64,000 nucleotides of DNA from a virus: the IMG/VR virus record IMGVR_UViG_3300045988_090087, one strand, 5' to 3'. A model generated the notes under the pieces. It did no database searches and was not told the origin of the DNA. It worked only from the letters and a program-made list of their open reading frames with translations. Below, piece by piece: positions 9,303 through 19,074 of the stretch; position 1 is the stretch's first letter; the number at the start of each line of letters is the position of its first letter. The position numbers and the translations under genes were made by a program.

Positions 9303-10548
9303 CTTATTTGAAAAAGAATTTCAAACAAATGCTTATTTAGTATCTAAGGATGCTAAAGGTAAAGTTAGATGTGTAAGACTATGGTATGAGTGGAGTGATT
9401 CCGCTCATGCCTATCTTATTAAAAGACAGTCTTGGCAATTAAATGGTAAAAGACTGGACCATCCAGATATTCCTATAAAGAAAGGATTAGTTAGTAGAAC
9501 TCTTAGGGAACAAACTCAACTTCAGTTTAACTCCAAACTTAAAGAATATAAGGATAAAGGTTATAAAGAAGTTGAAGAAGATCCTGATAATAAAGATGAG
9601 AAAATAATTTTAAACTTTCTTCCTGAGTATAATACTGATGGTAATGGTTTTCCTAAACATATGTTAGCTAAACAAGCTAGTAAAGTGGCTAGGAAAACTA
9701 TTGATAACACTCCTTACTATTATGCTAGTAGAAAAGTGGATGGACTTAGATGTTCTTTTTATTGGAATGGTAAAGAAATAAAATCTGCTTCTAGAGGAGG
9801 TGGAGATTATGATTTTGGCACTACTCACATAAGAAAACATCCACTATTAATTCAATTCTTTAAAGAGCATCCATCAATTAAACTTGATGGTGAGCTTTAT
9901 AAACATGGTTGGAGTCTGGCTAAAATAAATAGTGCTGCTAGAATGGAAAAGAATGCTGTAGATTGTGATGAACTACAGTATTTTATATATGATATAATGG
10001 TTCCGAACATACCTTTTAAAACTAGGTTAAAAATGTTAATTGGAATAGCTAAATATCTTAAACTTGGATTTAATCCTAATAAAGATTTTAGTGATTCTGA
10101 ATTACATTTGCAAATATTACCTCAAGTAAAAGTTACTGGATATGATAATATTATGAAATTACATGATAAATATGTAGCTGAAGGTTGGGAAGGAGTTGTT
10201 TGTAGAGATCCTGAAGGCATGTATGAGTTCGGGTCTAGGAAGAACATTATGCTCAAATTCAAAAATTACAAAGATGACTGCTTCAAGATTGTAGATTATG
10301 AGTTAGGACTAAGAGGTTCTGAAGATATGGTATTTATAATGGAATTACCTGATGGTAGAACTTTTAAAGCTAAGCCTTGGGGAGATAGAGCTTTAAAAGA
10401 ATATTATGTAGAAAATTTTGATACCGAATATAAAGGACATTTTGGAGAATGTAAATTTTTCTACTATTCTGAAGATGGTATTCCATTGCAACCTAGTTTC
10501 AAAGCTAGAAGAGATGATTTAGATGATTCTATTAAACAATTATATTAA
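9295..10548 (+). CDS. ATP-dependent DNA ligase
   Basis: Nucleotidyltransferase motifs SRKVDGLRCSFY, LDGELYKHG, EGWEGVVCRDPEG, MLKFKNYKDD. Confidence 0.88.
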   Translation: MSDLFEKEFQTNAYLVSKDAKGKVRCVRLWYEWSDSAHAYLIKRQSWQLNGKRLDHPDIPIKKGLVSRTLREQTQLQFNSKLKEYKDKGYKEVEEDPDNKDEKIILNFLPEYNTDGNGFPKHMLAKQASKVARKTIDNTPYYYASRKVDGLRCSFYWNGKEIKSASRGGGDYDFGTTHIRKHPLLIQFFKEHPSIKLDGELYKHGWSLAKINSAARMEKNAVDCDELQYFIYDIMVPNIPFKTRLKMLIGIAKYLKLGFNPNKDFSDSELHLQILPQVKVTGYDNIMKLHDKYVAEGWEGVVCRDPEGMYEFGSRKNIMLKFKNYKDDCFKIVDYELGLRGSEDMVFIMELPDGRTFKAKPWGDRALKEYYVENFDTEYKGHFGECKFFYYSEDGIPLQPSFKARRDDLDDSIKQLY

Positions 10549-10862
10549 TGAGTTCTGCAGCTGACAGAAGTAATGGAATAATACTTAAGAATTATATATA
10601 TGCTAATATATCCTTACATAAATTAGCTAAAATTCTTATAGAAGATTGGCAAATAGCAGATAGACAAAGATTTCCCAGTATTTATAAATTATTTTCACTT
10701 AATTGCCCTCGATATGGAGCTCAAATAAATGCTTTTATAGATATTTTAGATATTAAATATTATTGGTATATCTTATATCCTATTATAAAAGAAATAAATT
10801 CAGAAGTATTAAGTGAATATGATAATTACCTATATAATAAAATAAAAAATTCTTTATTATAA
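10548..10862 (+). CDS. Hypothetical protein
   Basis: 104-aa ORF with TAATG overlap. Confidence 0.55.
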   Translation: MSSAADRSNGIILKNYIYANISLHKLAKILIEDWQIADRQRFPSIYKLFSLNCPRYGAQINAFIDILDIKYYWYILYPIIKEINSEVLSEYDNYLYNKIKNSLL

Positions 10863-11551
10863 TGACGAAAATTTGCGTACTAAGTGACCTCCATGGTCAT
10901 TTACCAAGAATTGAGCCTTGTGAGTTAGTATTATTAGCAGGAGATATTGTTCCTTTAAATATTCAATTTGATAATGCTGAATCTACTTTATGGTTTTTAG
11001 ATGAATTTACAAAATGGATTGATTCTCTTCCTTGTGATGAAGTTATTATGGTTGCAGGCAATCACGATAAACTTATAGAAAGAGCTTCTTTTATAATTCA
11101 TGCAGTAGAATCTAAAACTGATTTTAAACTTACATATTTGTCAGGAACTACTTATGAATATATAGCTAGGAGTCTTAAACATTATAAAATATATGGCTCT
11201 CCTTTCTGCCATAAGTTCGGTAACTGGTCATTTATGCAAAGTGAAGAATGGTTAAAAGATTATTATGATAATATTCCAGAAGATACTGATATAATTTTAA
11301 CTCACGACACTCCAATGTTAGAGGATTTAGATTTATTACCTCCTAGTCAATGGAACCCAAAAGCTATTCACGCTGGAGGTAAATCTTTAGCAGATGCTAT
11401 TTGTAGAGTACAACCTAGATATGTATTTTGTGGGCATTTACATACTTGCAAAGACAAATATTTAAAATTAGATAATACTGAAATATATAACGTATCTATA
11501 TTAGATAATAACTATAAAAAGATTTACGAACCATTATATTTAAACATCTAA
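10862..11551 (+). CDS. Metallophosphoesterase
   Basis: VLSDLHGHL, LAGDIV, VAGNHDK, LTHDTP, FCGHLHTC. Confidence 0.88.
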   Translation: MTKICVLSDLHGHLPRIEPCELVLLAGDIVPLNIQFDNAESTLWFLDEFTKWIDSLPCDEVIMVAGNHDKLIERASFIIHAVESKTDFKLTYLSGTTYEYIARSLKHYKIYGSPFCHKFGNWSFMQSEEWLKDYYDNIPEDTDIILTHDTPMLEDLDLLPPSQWNPKAIHAGGKSLADAICRVQPRYVFCGHLHTCKDKYLKLDNTEIYNVSILDNNYKKIYEPLYLNI

Positions 11552-11552
11552 A

Positions 11553-11915
11553 ATGAAAGACGTAATAGCTAATGAAAAATTACCATACATTCCGGAGACC
11601 TTTACTCTCGGATGTCACACCTTCAAAGTACAATTATACGAAGAATTATATGACGATAACGACCCATTATATGGACAATTTGATTATGATGAGCAGATCA
11701 TCAGAATCAAAATATTTAAACATAATGGTGAGCCTTTATCCAAAGAATGTATTCTTAACACATATTATCATGAGCTTTTCCACGCCTTTAACTATCTGTG
11801 GAATACTGGAGGCGATGAATCGCTTGCTAGTACTTTTGCAATGTTAATGTGTGAATATGAAACAACTAAGAAATATGCCAAGAAAGAAGGTATCAATTCC
11901 AGTGGTAGAGAGTAA
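11553..11915 (+). CDS. Putative zinc metallopeptidase (HExxH)
   Basis: YYHELFHAFNYLWNTGGDESLASTFAMLM: HExxH plus a downstream acidic residue. Confidence 0.6.
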   Translation: MKDVIANEKLPYIPETFTLGCHTFKVQLYEELYDDNDPLYGQFDYDEQIIRIKIFKHNGEPLSKECILNTYYHELFHAFNYLWNTGGDESLASTFAMLMCEYETTKKYAKKEGINSSGRE

Positions 11916-12183
11916 ACCTAAAGTTAAATATGTTTCTCCTATTAAAGATTATTCAGTATCCTATGATGCAGTTATTAAAATTAGACAAACAAGTCTTCAA
12001 CCAATAATACCTGCTAAGATTAGGACTGATAAAAGAAACTTCGTTGGAAAACTTCCTGAAGAAGTTATTAATCAATTATCTAAGATTATATCAGAAACTA
12101 TTAAATCATCGTGCTCTTTCTGCACAGAAGTAGTTTCTGTAGATAATATAAAATTTGACCAAACTTTAATAAAAGAAGATTAA
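11875..12183 (+). CDS. Hypothetical protein
   Basis: ORF from ATG 11875 (MPRKKVSIPVVESKPKVK...). Confidence 0.55.
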   Translation: MPRKKVSIPVVESKPKVKYVSPIKDYSVSYDAVIKIRQTSLQPIIPAKIRTDKRNFVGKLPEEVINQLSKIISETIKSSCSFCTEVVSVDNIKFDQTLIKED

Positions 12184-12524
12184 TGATTTATTTTATTATA
12201 GAGGATTCTCATTTCGGCCCTCATGTAGAACAAATATCTACTGACTTTAATAAATTACGAGAAAATTTTCCGGATGAACTAATCTATGTTACAGATTACA
12301 TGAATGTAGATGATACTTTATATAATATAGTAGATTATTCTAATATGCCGTATAAACCTTATGATGGTACTGAAATAACTAATTGTTACTTATATCGTAA
12401 TAAATTTTATGAGTGTGATGAATTGCCGGAAGAATTAGATCCAGATGAATATATGTGTACTTTTTATAGGACTTACACAAAAGGTTATTTAACTGAAACA
12501 TGGCATAAAGATGGCTGGGTATAA
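12183..12524 (+). CDS. Hypothetical protein
   Basis: 113-aa ORF. Confidence 0.55.
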   Translation: MIYFIIEDSHFGPHVEQISTDFNKLRENFPDELIYVTDYMNVDDTLYNIVDYSNMPYKPYDGTEITNCYLYRNKFYECDELPEELDPDEYMCTFYRTYTKGYLTETWHKDGWV

Positions 12525-13335
12525 TTTAATTACAGACGATAGTGAAGCACTACAAGCTTATCTAAATAACATTACTCATTCTACTCCATTATCTTTAGAG
12601 GAAGAGAAAGAATGTGCTGACACTGGAGATTGGGAGAAATTAGTAAATGCTAATTTAAAGTTTGTAGTAACTGTAGCTAAAAAGTTCCAGAATAAAGGAC
12701 TACCTTTATCGGATTTAATAGCTGAAGGAAATGTAGGTCTTATTCATGCTAGCCGCTTATATAAAAGTGAATATAATGTTAAATTTATAACTTATGCTGT
12801 ATGGCATATAAGTGAAGCTATTCGTAGAGCTATTCATTATAAAGCAGATACTGTTAGAGTTCCTGTAAGTCAAAAACTTACTTATAATAAGGCTGCTAAA
12901 GTTATAAATAAATATTGGCAAACTGAAGATAGACCTCCATCAGATGAAGAGTTGGAAGAAGCTACTGGTAAAACTATGAAACAAATTAATGGAGCTATAA
13001 ATGCTAAAAAAGTATGTATGTCTTTAGACACTCCATTAGGTAGTAATGATGATGACGGAGACTCTACTTTAGTAGACATTGTTAAAAACAATAATAGTCC
13101 TCTAGCAGATAATAATATAGAACAGTCTTATAAGACTAATGTTATTAACAAAGTTTTAAATGGACTTTCTAATAAAGAACATGACATAATAATTTTATGC
13201 TATGGATTTACTGGGCAAGAATATACTCCTGAACTTATATCTCCTTTATTTGGGTGTACACCAGAACGTATCAGACAAATTAGGAAAGAAGCAATCAAGA
13301 AACTTAGAAAAAGAAAAATTCTTAAAAACATTTAA
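12511..13335 (+). CDS. Sigma-70 family RNA polymerase sigma factor
   Basis: Region 2 NLKFVVTVAKKFQNKGLPLSDLIAEGNVGLIHASRLY...FITYAVWHISEAIRRAI; region 3 and region 4 PERIRQIRKEAIKKLR. Confidence 0.92.
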   Translation: MAGYNLITDDSEALQAYLNNITHSTPLSLEEEKECADTGDWEKLVNANLKFVVTVAKKFQNKGLPLSDLIAEGNVGLIHASRLYKSEYNVKFITYAVWHISEAIRRAIHYKADTVRVPVSQKLTYNKAAKVINKYWQTEDRPPSDEELEEATGKTMKQINGAINAKKVCMSLDTPLGSNDDDGDSTLVDIVKNNNSPLADNNIEQSYKTNVINKVLNGLSNKEHDIIILCYGFTGQEYTPELISPLFGCTPERIRQIRKEAIKKLRKRKILKNI

Positions 13336-14556
13336 ATGATTTATTTAGTTACCAAGGTTAAAGCTTTATTCAAATCTTCTAAATATGAATGTATTTCCAT
13401 AGAAAGAAGTAAGGAAATTATTAATTCTATGAAAAAAATTAGAGGATTAGATACTGAAACTATGGGACTAAATCCTCATACTAAAGCATTACTAACAGTT
13501 CAGATAGGTACTAAAGAAAATCAAGTAGTAATTGATTGTACTACTATAAACATTTGGGAATATAAAGATATATTAGAAGATTCTACTATTCTATATATTT
13601 TAGCTAATGCTAAATTTGATATTCAATTCTTCTTTAAACATAACATTATATTATCTAAAGTATGGGATGTAATGTTAGCTGAAAAGATTAGATATTTGGG
13701 ATATCCTAAAGGTAGTTTCCATGCTGACTTAAAGACTCTTGAATACAAGTATCTTAATAAATATATGGATAAAACTGTTCGAGGTAAAATTACTAAAGTT
13801 GGTCTAACTGAGGAAGTAATAGTTTATGCAGCTAATGATGTAGTAGATTTGGAAGATTTAATGAATGCCCAAATAAAAGCACTAGAAAAAGAAGATTTAG
13901 TAAAGGCAGTACAATTAGAGAATAGATTTGTCCTTCCATTGGCTTATATGGAATGGTGTGGAGTAAAATTAGACGTAGAAAAATGGAAAGCTAAAATGGT
14001 AAAAGATGCTAAACGTTTAAAGGTTGCCCTAACTAAATTAAATAATTGGGTAGTAAAACACTATGGAAATGATTCTAGATTTACTAAGGTAGATTTACAA
14101 GGGGATTTATTTTCAGGATTTAATACTGACCCACAGTGTACTATAAATTGGAATAGTGCAGCTCAAGTAATTCCATTATTTAAAGCTATTGGAATAAATA
14201 CTTCTACTGTAGATAGTAAAACAAAGAAATTAAAAGATTCTGTAGATGCTAAATTATTAGAGCCTCAAGCTAAGGATTTTGAAATTCTTCCTATTTATCT
14301 AGATTATAAGGAAGCTCAAAAAGTATGTTCTACTTATGGACAGAACTGGTTAGACCAAATAAATCCTGAAACTGGTAGAGTATATACTAAGTTTAATCAG
14401 CTAGGTACTAATACTGCTAGAATATCTAGTGGTGGAAAAGATAAGAATGCTAAAATAGAATATGTAAATTTTCTTAATCTTCCAGCAGATCCAGAAACTA
14501 GAAGTTGTTTTATTGCAGAAAAAGGTAACTCTTGGATTTCCATAGACTACTCGGGT
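13336..14556 (+). CDS. polA: DNA polymerase I-like (family A), exon 1: 3'-5' exonuclease and first part of polymerase domain
   Basis: RGLDTETMGLNPHTKALLTVQIGT, NAKFDIQFF, YAANDVVDLEDLM, then motif A start SWISIDYSG. Exon end at T14556 inferred from exact restoration of DYSG|QESFIMAS. Confidence 0.9.
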
Positions 14557-14878
14557 AAAAAATAAACATATAAACTATAACATTTTATATATTATACTTT
14601 GGATAATTTATCTGTAAATAAATCAGAGGATGTGTTAAAAATGTTTTATAGTTTATATCATAATGCTCATTATTTTCTAAAAAGAAAATATGAAAAATTT
14701 GGCCCCCTTGTAAGGAAACTTACAGGTGAAAACCTCGTAAATTCAGTTAATGAACGGGCATTATCAAAGACTGAGCCAAGCCTTATAATAAAGGAAGGTG
14801 CAGAGACTAGAAACGAGGAGCCTAAAATAAATGATTAAATTTATCATGGCTGAGGTATAGTCCAGCGTGTTTACGTAG
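14557..14878 (+). mobile_element. Group I self-splicing intron (about 322 nt, no ORF) inside motif A of the DNA polymerase
   Basis: Core elements CTGAGCCAAGCC, GCAGAGACTAG and GAGGTATAGTCC; 5' exon ends in T, intron ends in G; splicing restores the frame (407 codons upstream) and motif A. Confidence 0.88.
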
Positions 14879-15544
14879 CAAGAAAGTTTCATTATGGCTT
14901 CCATTTCTAATGACAAAGCTTTAATACATGAATTAATGGAAGGAAGTGGGGATTTGCATTCTCTAACTGCTTATATGAGTTATCCTGATCAAATACCAAG
15001 AGATACAAAAATAACAGAAATTAAAGAAAAGTATCACCATCTTAGACAGCTAGCTAAGAAAATTGAGTTTGGATTCAATTATGGTGGAGACTTTAATACT
15101 ATACATAGGAATTTAGGTATCTCTATAGAAGAAGCTAAAAAAATATATGAAAATTATATGTCGGGTTTCTCAGGATTAGCTAAGTACCAAGAGTATTGTA
15201 GAAAGATAGTAATGGAAAAAGGCTATATACTTCTAAATCCTATAAGTAAATATAGAGCACATATATATGATTTTGAATCTCTACGTTCAATGCAAGAAAA
15301 AATGCAAGATAGGGAATTTTGGAAGTATTATAGAGAAATGAAACGAGAGTCTCCTAACTGTGATACAGTACAAGAAGTACGAGACTTCTTTAAGAAAAAG
15401 GGTGAGTGTGAAAGGAATAGTATAAATTATAGAATACAACATACTGGAGCTTTATGTTATAAAGTAAGTATGATTTATTTCTTTAAATGGATAATAGAAA
15501 ATAATCTTTTTAATAAGGTTTTAATTACTGTTACCCCCTACGAT
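14879..15544 (+). CDS. polA: DNA polymerase I-like, exon 2
   Basis: QESFIMASISND...RQLAKKIEFGFNYGGDFNTI; YRIQHTGALCYKVSM; VLITVTPYD. 666 nt, in phase on both sides. Confidence 0.9.
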
Positions 15545-16409
15545 AAATAATCTTGTCGTAGTAAAACGATGTTAATTGCTTGGAACTCCTAAAGATTTAA
15601 TTACTAAATTATTGAAATAATAAACTAGTAAAAATATTAAATATGATTTTACCTCGGTTAAAAGAAATGGACAATAAGCAGCTTTATAATTTTACAAGAG
15701 AACAAACTCAAGTATTTTTAACAGGACTGTTAGGTGATGGATGTATATCCACTACAAATAGTGGTAGTTATATTTATACCACAAATTGTAAACATCTTGA
15801 ATATTTAGAATTTAAAAAGAAATTATTAGGTAAAGGGAATATTAAACTTCAAGAAAAAAATGGCTATAGTCAAACTCCTATATATACTATGTATGGAGGA
15901 GCTTACCCAGAATTATTTGAGTTTAAAAAATTTACTGTTCAAGATGTTATTGAAAATCTAGATTTACTTGGGTTAGCATTATGGTTTTATGATGATGGCA
16001 GCCTTCATAAAAGAGATTTATATTATAATTTAAATACTCAAAAGTTCCCAAAGTATATACAAGAAGGAATTTTTATTCCATGGTTTGATTCCTTGGGCAT
16101 TAAAGCTAATTTAAGGCACGATACAAAAAGGGAAAAAGAATTGTATTATTTAGGAATTAATAAATATGAAGGAGCTAATATTATTAGTGAAATACTATCA
16201 CGTTATCCATTAGATTGTTACTCTTATAAATTATGGAGTTCAGAGACTATCCTGAAATGGAGTAAGCTGCAAGAGCAGGTGAAAAGCATCGATGAAAATC
16301 TTACTAATAGGCAGTTAGCTTATAAGTGGAGATTTTTATAAGATATAGTCCGAACCTATATGAAAGTATAGGAGAATATATGGAATCGATATATTCGTAA
16401 CAATATATG
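15545..16409 (+). mobile_element. Group I intron (about 865 nt) with LAGLIDADG homing endonuclease, inserted in motif C of the DNA polymerase
   Basis: P1 pairing between exon CTACGAT (15538-15544) and internal guide GTCGTAG (15555-15561) with the expected U.G at the splice site; AAGATATAGTCC near the 3' end; intron ends in G; splicing restores PYD|EINCEAP. Confidence 0.88.
15643..16341 (+). CDS. LAGLIDADG homing endonuclease encoded in intron 2
   Basis: FLTGLLGDGCIS and LGLALWFYDDGSLHKR motifs; lies wholly within the intron. Confidence 0.9.
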   Translation: MILPRLKEMDNKQLYNFTREQTQVFLTGLLGDGCISTTNSGSYIYTTNCKHLEYLEFKKKLLGKGNIKLQEKNGYSQTPIYTMYGGAYPELFEFKKFTVQDVIENLDLLGLALWFYDDGSLHKRDLYYNLNTQKFPKYIQEGIFIPWFDSLGIKANLRHDTKREKELYYLGINKYEGANIISEILSRYPLDCYSYKLWSSETILKWSKLQEQVKSIDENLTNRQLAYKWRFL

Positions 16410-16571
16410 GAGATTAATTGTGAAGCACCTATAGAAATAGCTGAAAAAGTAGCTATTAGACTTCATGCTATTATGGTTAGAGCAGGAGAAATATTTTGTA
16501 CTAGATGTAAGTTAGATGCAGATATCTCTAGATGTAAAGATGGGACATTACCTAATTACTGGATTCATTAA
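16410..16571 (+). CDS. polA: DNA polymerase I-like, exon 3 (C-terminus)
   Basis: EINCEAPIEIAEKVAIRLHAIMVRAG...DGTLPNYWIH*; total spliced product about 682 aa. Confidence 0.88.
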   Translation, partial: EINCEAPIEIAEKVAIRLHAIMVRAGEIFCTRCKLDADISRCKDGTLPNYWIH

Positions 16572-16572
16572 A

Positions 16573-16806
16573 ATGGAAATAACTTACACTTGTAACGACT
16601 ATTCATTATATATCGACGGCAAAGAATTCGTTGATATAGATTACGACAAACAAAAAGAAATTTGTCATAAATTAGTAGATAAAGTTTCCGAAGGAGTTTT
16701 ACAAAGATTTATAGAAATTGCTTGTACCGGAATGGGCGAGTATGAACAATTAGATTATTGTGAAACTCATGGAGAATTTGTTGATAAATACGTAATAAAT
16801 ATATGA
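16573..16806 (+). CDS. Hypothetical protein
   Basis: ORF from ATG 16573, directly after the polymerase stop. Confidence 0.55.
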   Translation: MEITYTCNDYSLYIDGKEFVDIDYDKQKEICHKLVDKVSEGVLQRFIEIACTGMGEYEQLDYCETHGEFVDKYVINI

Positions 16807-16946
16807 CATTTATTATAACTAATAAAGATGGTTCTAGAACTCAGTATTCTAACCATTATAACGAAGATAATGAAATTGAAGTAGATGCAGCATGGGATGA
16901 TGTATATGCAAAATTCCCTGAAGCTGATTATATTGAGCAATTTTAA
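16803..16946 (+). CDS. Small hypothetical protein (47 aa)
   Basis: MTFIITNKDGSRTQYSNHYNEDNEIEVDAAWDDVYAKFPEADYIEQF*; ATGA overlap. Confidence 0.5.
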   Translation: MTFIITNKDGSRTQYSNHYNEDNEIEVDAAWDDVYAKFPEADYIEQF

Positions 16947-16948
16947 TT

Positions 16949-17164
16949 ATGGCTAGTAATTCACCAACGTTGATGCAATCTGAAGAGAGATTTTTAGATA
17001 ATCTTAATACAGATATTCCTTTAAAAGAAGAAGATTATACAATATGTTTTTGTATAAGTAAACAAATTTCTACAACTAATATTGAAGATATTAGTAAATC
17101 TTTGCAAAATCGCTTTTTAAGTGAAGGATGGAGTATTGATGATTTTGATTTAGAAAAAGAATGA
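16949..17164 (+). CDS. Hypothetical protein
   Basis: 71-aa ORF. Confidence 0.5.
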   Translation: MASNSPTLMQSEERFLDNLNTDIPLKEEDYTICFCISKQISTTNIEDISKSLQNRFLSEGWSIDDFDLEKE

Positions 17165-17190
17165 GTAAATTAATTATATGTATCCTTTAA

Positions 17191-17808
17191 ATGGTAGATA
17201 ATTTTAATATATTTGCTCCTTGGTTTGATAATCTCTCAGACCAAGGAGATTTTTACTTTGTACAAGTAATACAAAGGAAAAAAGAATGCAATATAGGTAG
17301 TAATAATAATGTAATTAAAGATTATCATTTCTTTGATAAAAAATCTTTTTTAAATAAAAAAGAAGAAATAGTTACATTATGTAAAACTTTTAATGCTCGT
17401 GCCTATTTTTGGGTAAATCCTAGAAATTGTAAGCAAGTACAATATGAGATAATTAGAGAGACTCTAGAAGCTATAGAATGTAATTCTAAGAAGTTATTTA
17501 AATGTGTCTCTAAAGCAATAGGTCAAAGAAGAAATTCTGATTATAAATCTAAATGGATATTAGATTTTGATACTAAAGATTGGGGTCTTATAAATAAATA
17601 TTTAGATTTAGTTAGAGAATGTAGACCTTACACAAATATAATATTATATTATATTCCTACAGTAAATGGAATTCATGTAATTACTCTTGGATTTGACTTA
17701 GGACAATTTAAGCAAAAGGTAGCTATAGCTAAATTAGATAATATAGATATACACAAAGATAATCCATCAGTACTTTATCATGATGATGTTAGAGCTTCTA
17801 ATAATTGA
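17191..17808 (+). CDS. Hypothetical protein (205 aa)
   Basis: Intact ORF; contains WILDFDTKD...TVNGIHVITLGFD. Confidence 0.65.
   Translation: MVDNFNIFAPWFDNLSDQGDFYFVQVIQRKKECNIGSNNNVIKDYHFFDKKSFLNKKEEIVTLCKTFNARAYFWVNPRNCKQVQYEIIRETLEAIECNSKKLFKCVSKAIGQRRNSDYKSKWILDFDTKDWGLINKYLDLVRECRPYTNIILYYIPTVNGIHVITLGFDLGQFKQKVAIAKLDNIDIHKDNPSVLYHDDVRASNN
17216..17254 (+). other. Intragenic terminator-like hairpin near the 5' end of a CDS
   Basis: CTCCTTGGT...15 nt...ACCAAGGAG followed by ATTTTT; 9-bp perfect stem. Confidence 0.4.
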
Positions 17809-17950
17809 TATAATTATTGTAATTATCTATGGTATAGCTTTAATAGTTATGTTAATTACAAAAGCTTCTTCCGATGAAATTATAACAGCTACTGCAATAT
17901 ATTGTATAGCAGCTACTATAGTAAATGGGATAGTATATCTATATCCTTAG
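17780..17950 (+). CDS. Small predicted membrane protein (about 56 aa)
   Basis: Hydrophobic ORF IDIIIVIIYGIALIVMLITKA...IAATIVNGIVYLYP ending in TAG. Confidence 0.5.
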   Translation: MMMLELLIIDIIIVIIYGIALIVMLITKASSDEIITATAIYCIAATIVNGIVYLYP

Positions 17951-18201
17951 ATAAATTGTTTATAATTTTAATAATATTTGTTATGTTTTTTAATAAAACT
18001 TTTACTGACGAACTTTCTAGTATTAAATCTGCTTTTCAGTCTACTCACGATAAAACCGCTTCTCTTATAGAGCGAATGAATACTAAAATCACATCTAAAG
18101 AAAATTCTATTAAAGAGTTACAGTATGAAATTAAAGAAATTGAGGATATCAAAGCTCAGGCAGATAATTTTGTAACTAATCTTAAAAATATTCTTGATTA
18201 A
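17902..18201 (+). CDS. Hypothetical protein (coiled-coil-like)
   Basis: IERMNTKITSKENSIKELQYEIKEIEDIKAQADNF heptad-like C-terminal half; true start uncertain (possibly ATG near 17983). Confidence 0.5.
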   Translation: MYSSYYSKWDSISISLDKLFIILIIFVMFFNKTFTDELSSIKSAFQSTHDKTASLIERMNTKITSKENSIKELQYEIKEIEDIKAQADNFVTNLKNILD

Positions 18202-18566
18202 TGTATAAAGTAAAAGAAACTTTCGAGTATCTTGTAAACGATCCAAATAACTTTTGCTCAGTACATGATGCCTTAGAAATGGATACAAGTATGCCTTGTC
18301 CTTGTTGGGAGGGAAGTAAAGTTCCTGTAAATGAAAAAGGAGAAGAAGAATCTATCCCATGGGGTAATAGTGAAGTATCTATTACTGATATAGGTAATAT
18401 TGTAAAAATTGATAAGGATACTCTTTTAAAGTTAATTAAGAATTCTGAGAAATTATCAACATTAGAAGAGTGGGGAGTAGATAATTGGATAAATTATGGT
18501 GAAGCCATGCAATATTTGGATGATTCACCTGATGAAGTGTTACTTAAACAATATTTAGATGATTGA
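18201..18566 (+). CDS. Hypothetical protein
   Basis: 121-aa ORF. Confidence 0.6.
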   Translation: MYKVKETFEYLVNDPNNFCSVHDALEMDTSMPCPCWEGSKVPVNEKGEEESIPWGNSEVSITDIGNIVKIDKDTLLKLIKNSEKLSTLEEWGVDNWINYGEAMQYLDDSPDEVLLKQYLDD

Positions 18567-19074
18567 TTTTGAAACTAAAAAAGTACTGTTCATTGATTTG
18601 GACAGTACTTTAATTAAGACTATTTCAGGTAAAACATTTCCTGAAGACATTACTGATTTTAGAGTACAACTTCCTGTATTAGATAAAATAATAGAAAAGA
18701 TGCCTAATCTTAGTATGTTTTTTATAGTAAGTAATCAAGGAGGTTTAAAGACTCTTACAGATAAACGTATTTTTAATTATAAGATATGGGCTGTAGAAGA
18801 TATATGTCATGGCTATTTTATTAATAAACTTAATAATTTTTCATATAGTGATAGCTTGTATTGTTGTTCTATGGATAAGAATAATACTTATCGAAAACCT
18901 AATACTGGAATGCTAGAACAATTATACTATCAATACAAAGTAGAGTCTAAAGATGAATGTATTATGATAGGAGATGCTTCTGGTAAATCAGGAGATTTTT
19001 CAGATTCTGATAAGAGATGTGCTTCAAGATTTTTTATAGATTATATTGACGTTAGAGACTTTTTAGAATTATGA
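18559..19074 (+). CDS. HAD-family phosphatase, polynucleotide kinase 3'-phosphatase-like
   Basis: VLFIDLDSTLIKT, FFIVSNQGGL, YRKPNTGML, IMIGDASGKSGDFSDSD. Confidence 0.8.
   Translation: MIDFETKKVLFIDLDSTLIKTISGKTFPEDITDFRVQLPVLDKIIEKMPNLSMFFIVSNQGGLKTLTDKRIFNYKIWAVEDICHGYFINKLNNFSYSDSLYCCSMDKNNTYRKPNTGMLEQLYYQYKVESKDECIMIGDASGKSGDFSDSDKRCASRFFIDYIDVRDFLEL

Noticed and set aside
11572-11847. 91-aa ORF overlapping the HExxH gene
   Set aside because: Alternative frame of 11553-11915, which carries the metallopeptidase motif.
14599-14838. 79-aa ORF in the track
   Set aside because: Lies wholly inside the group I intron core and is composed of its conserved structural elements.
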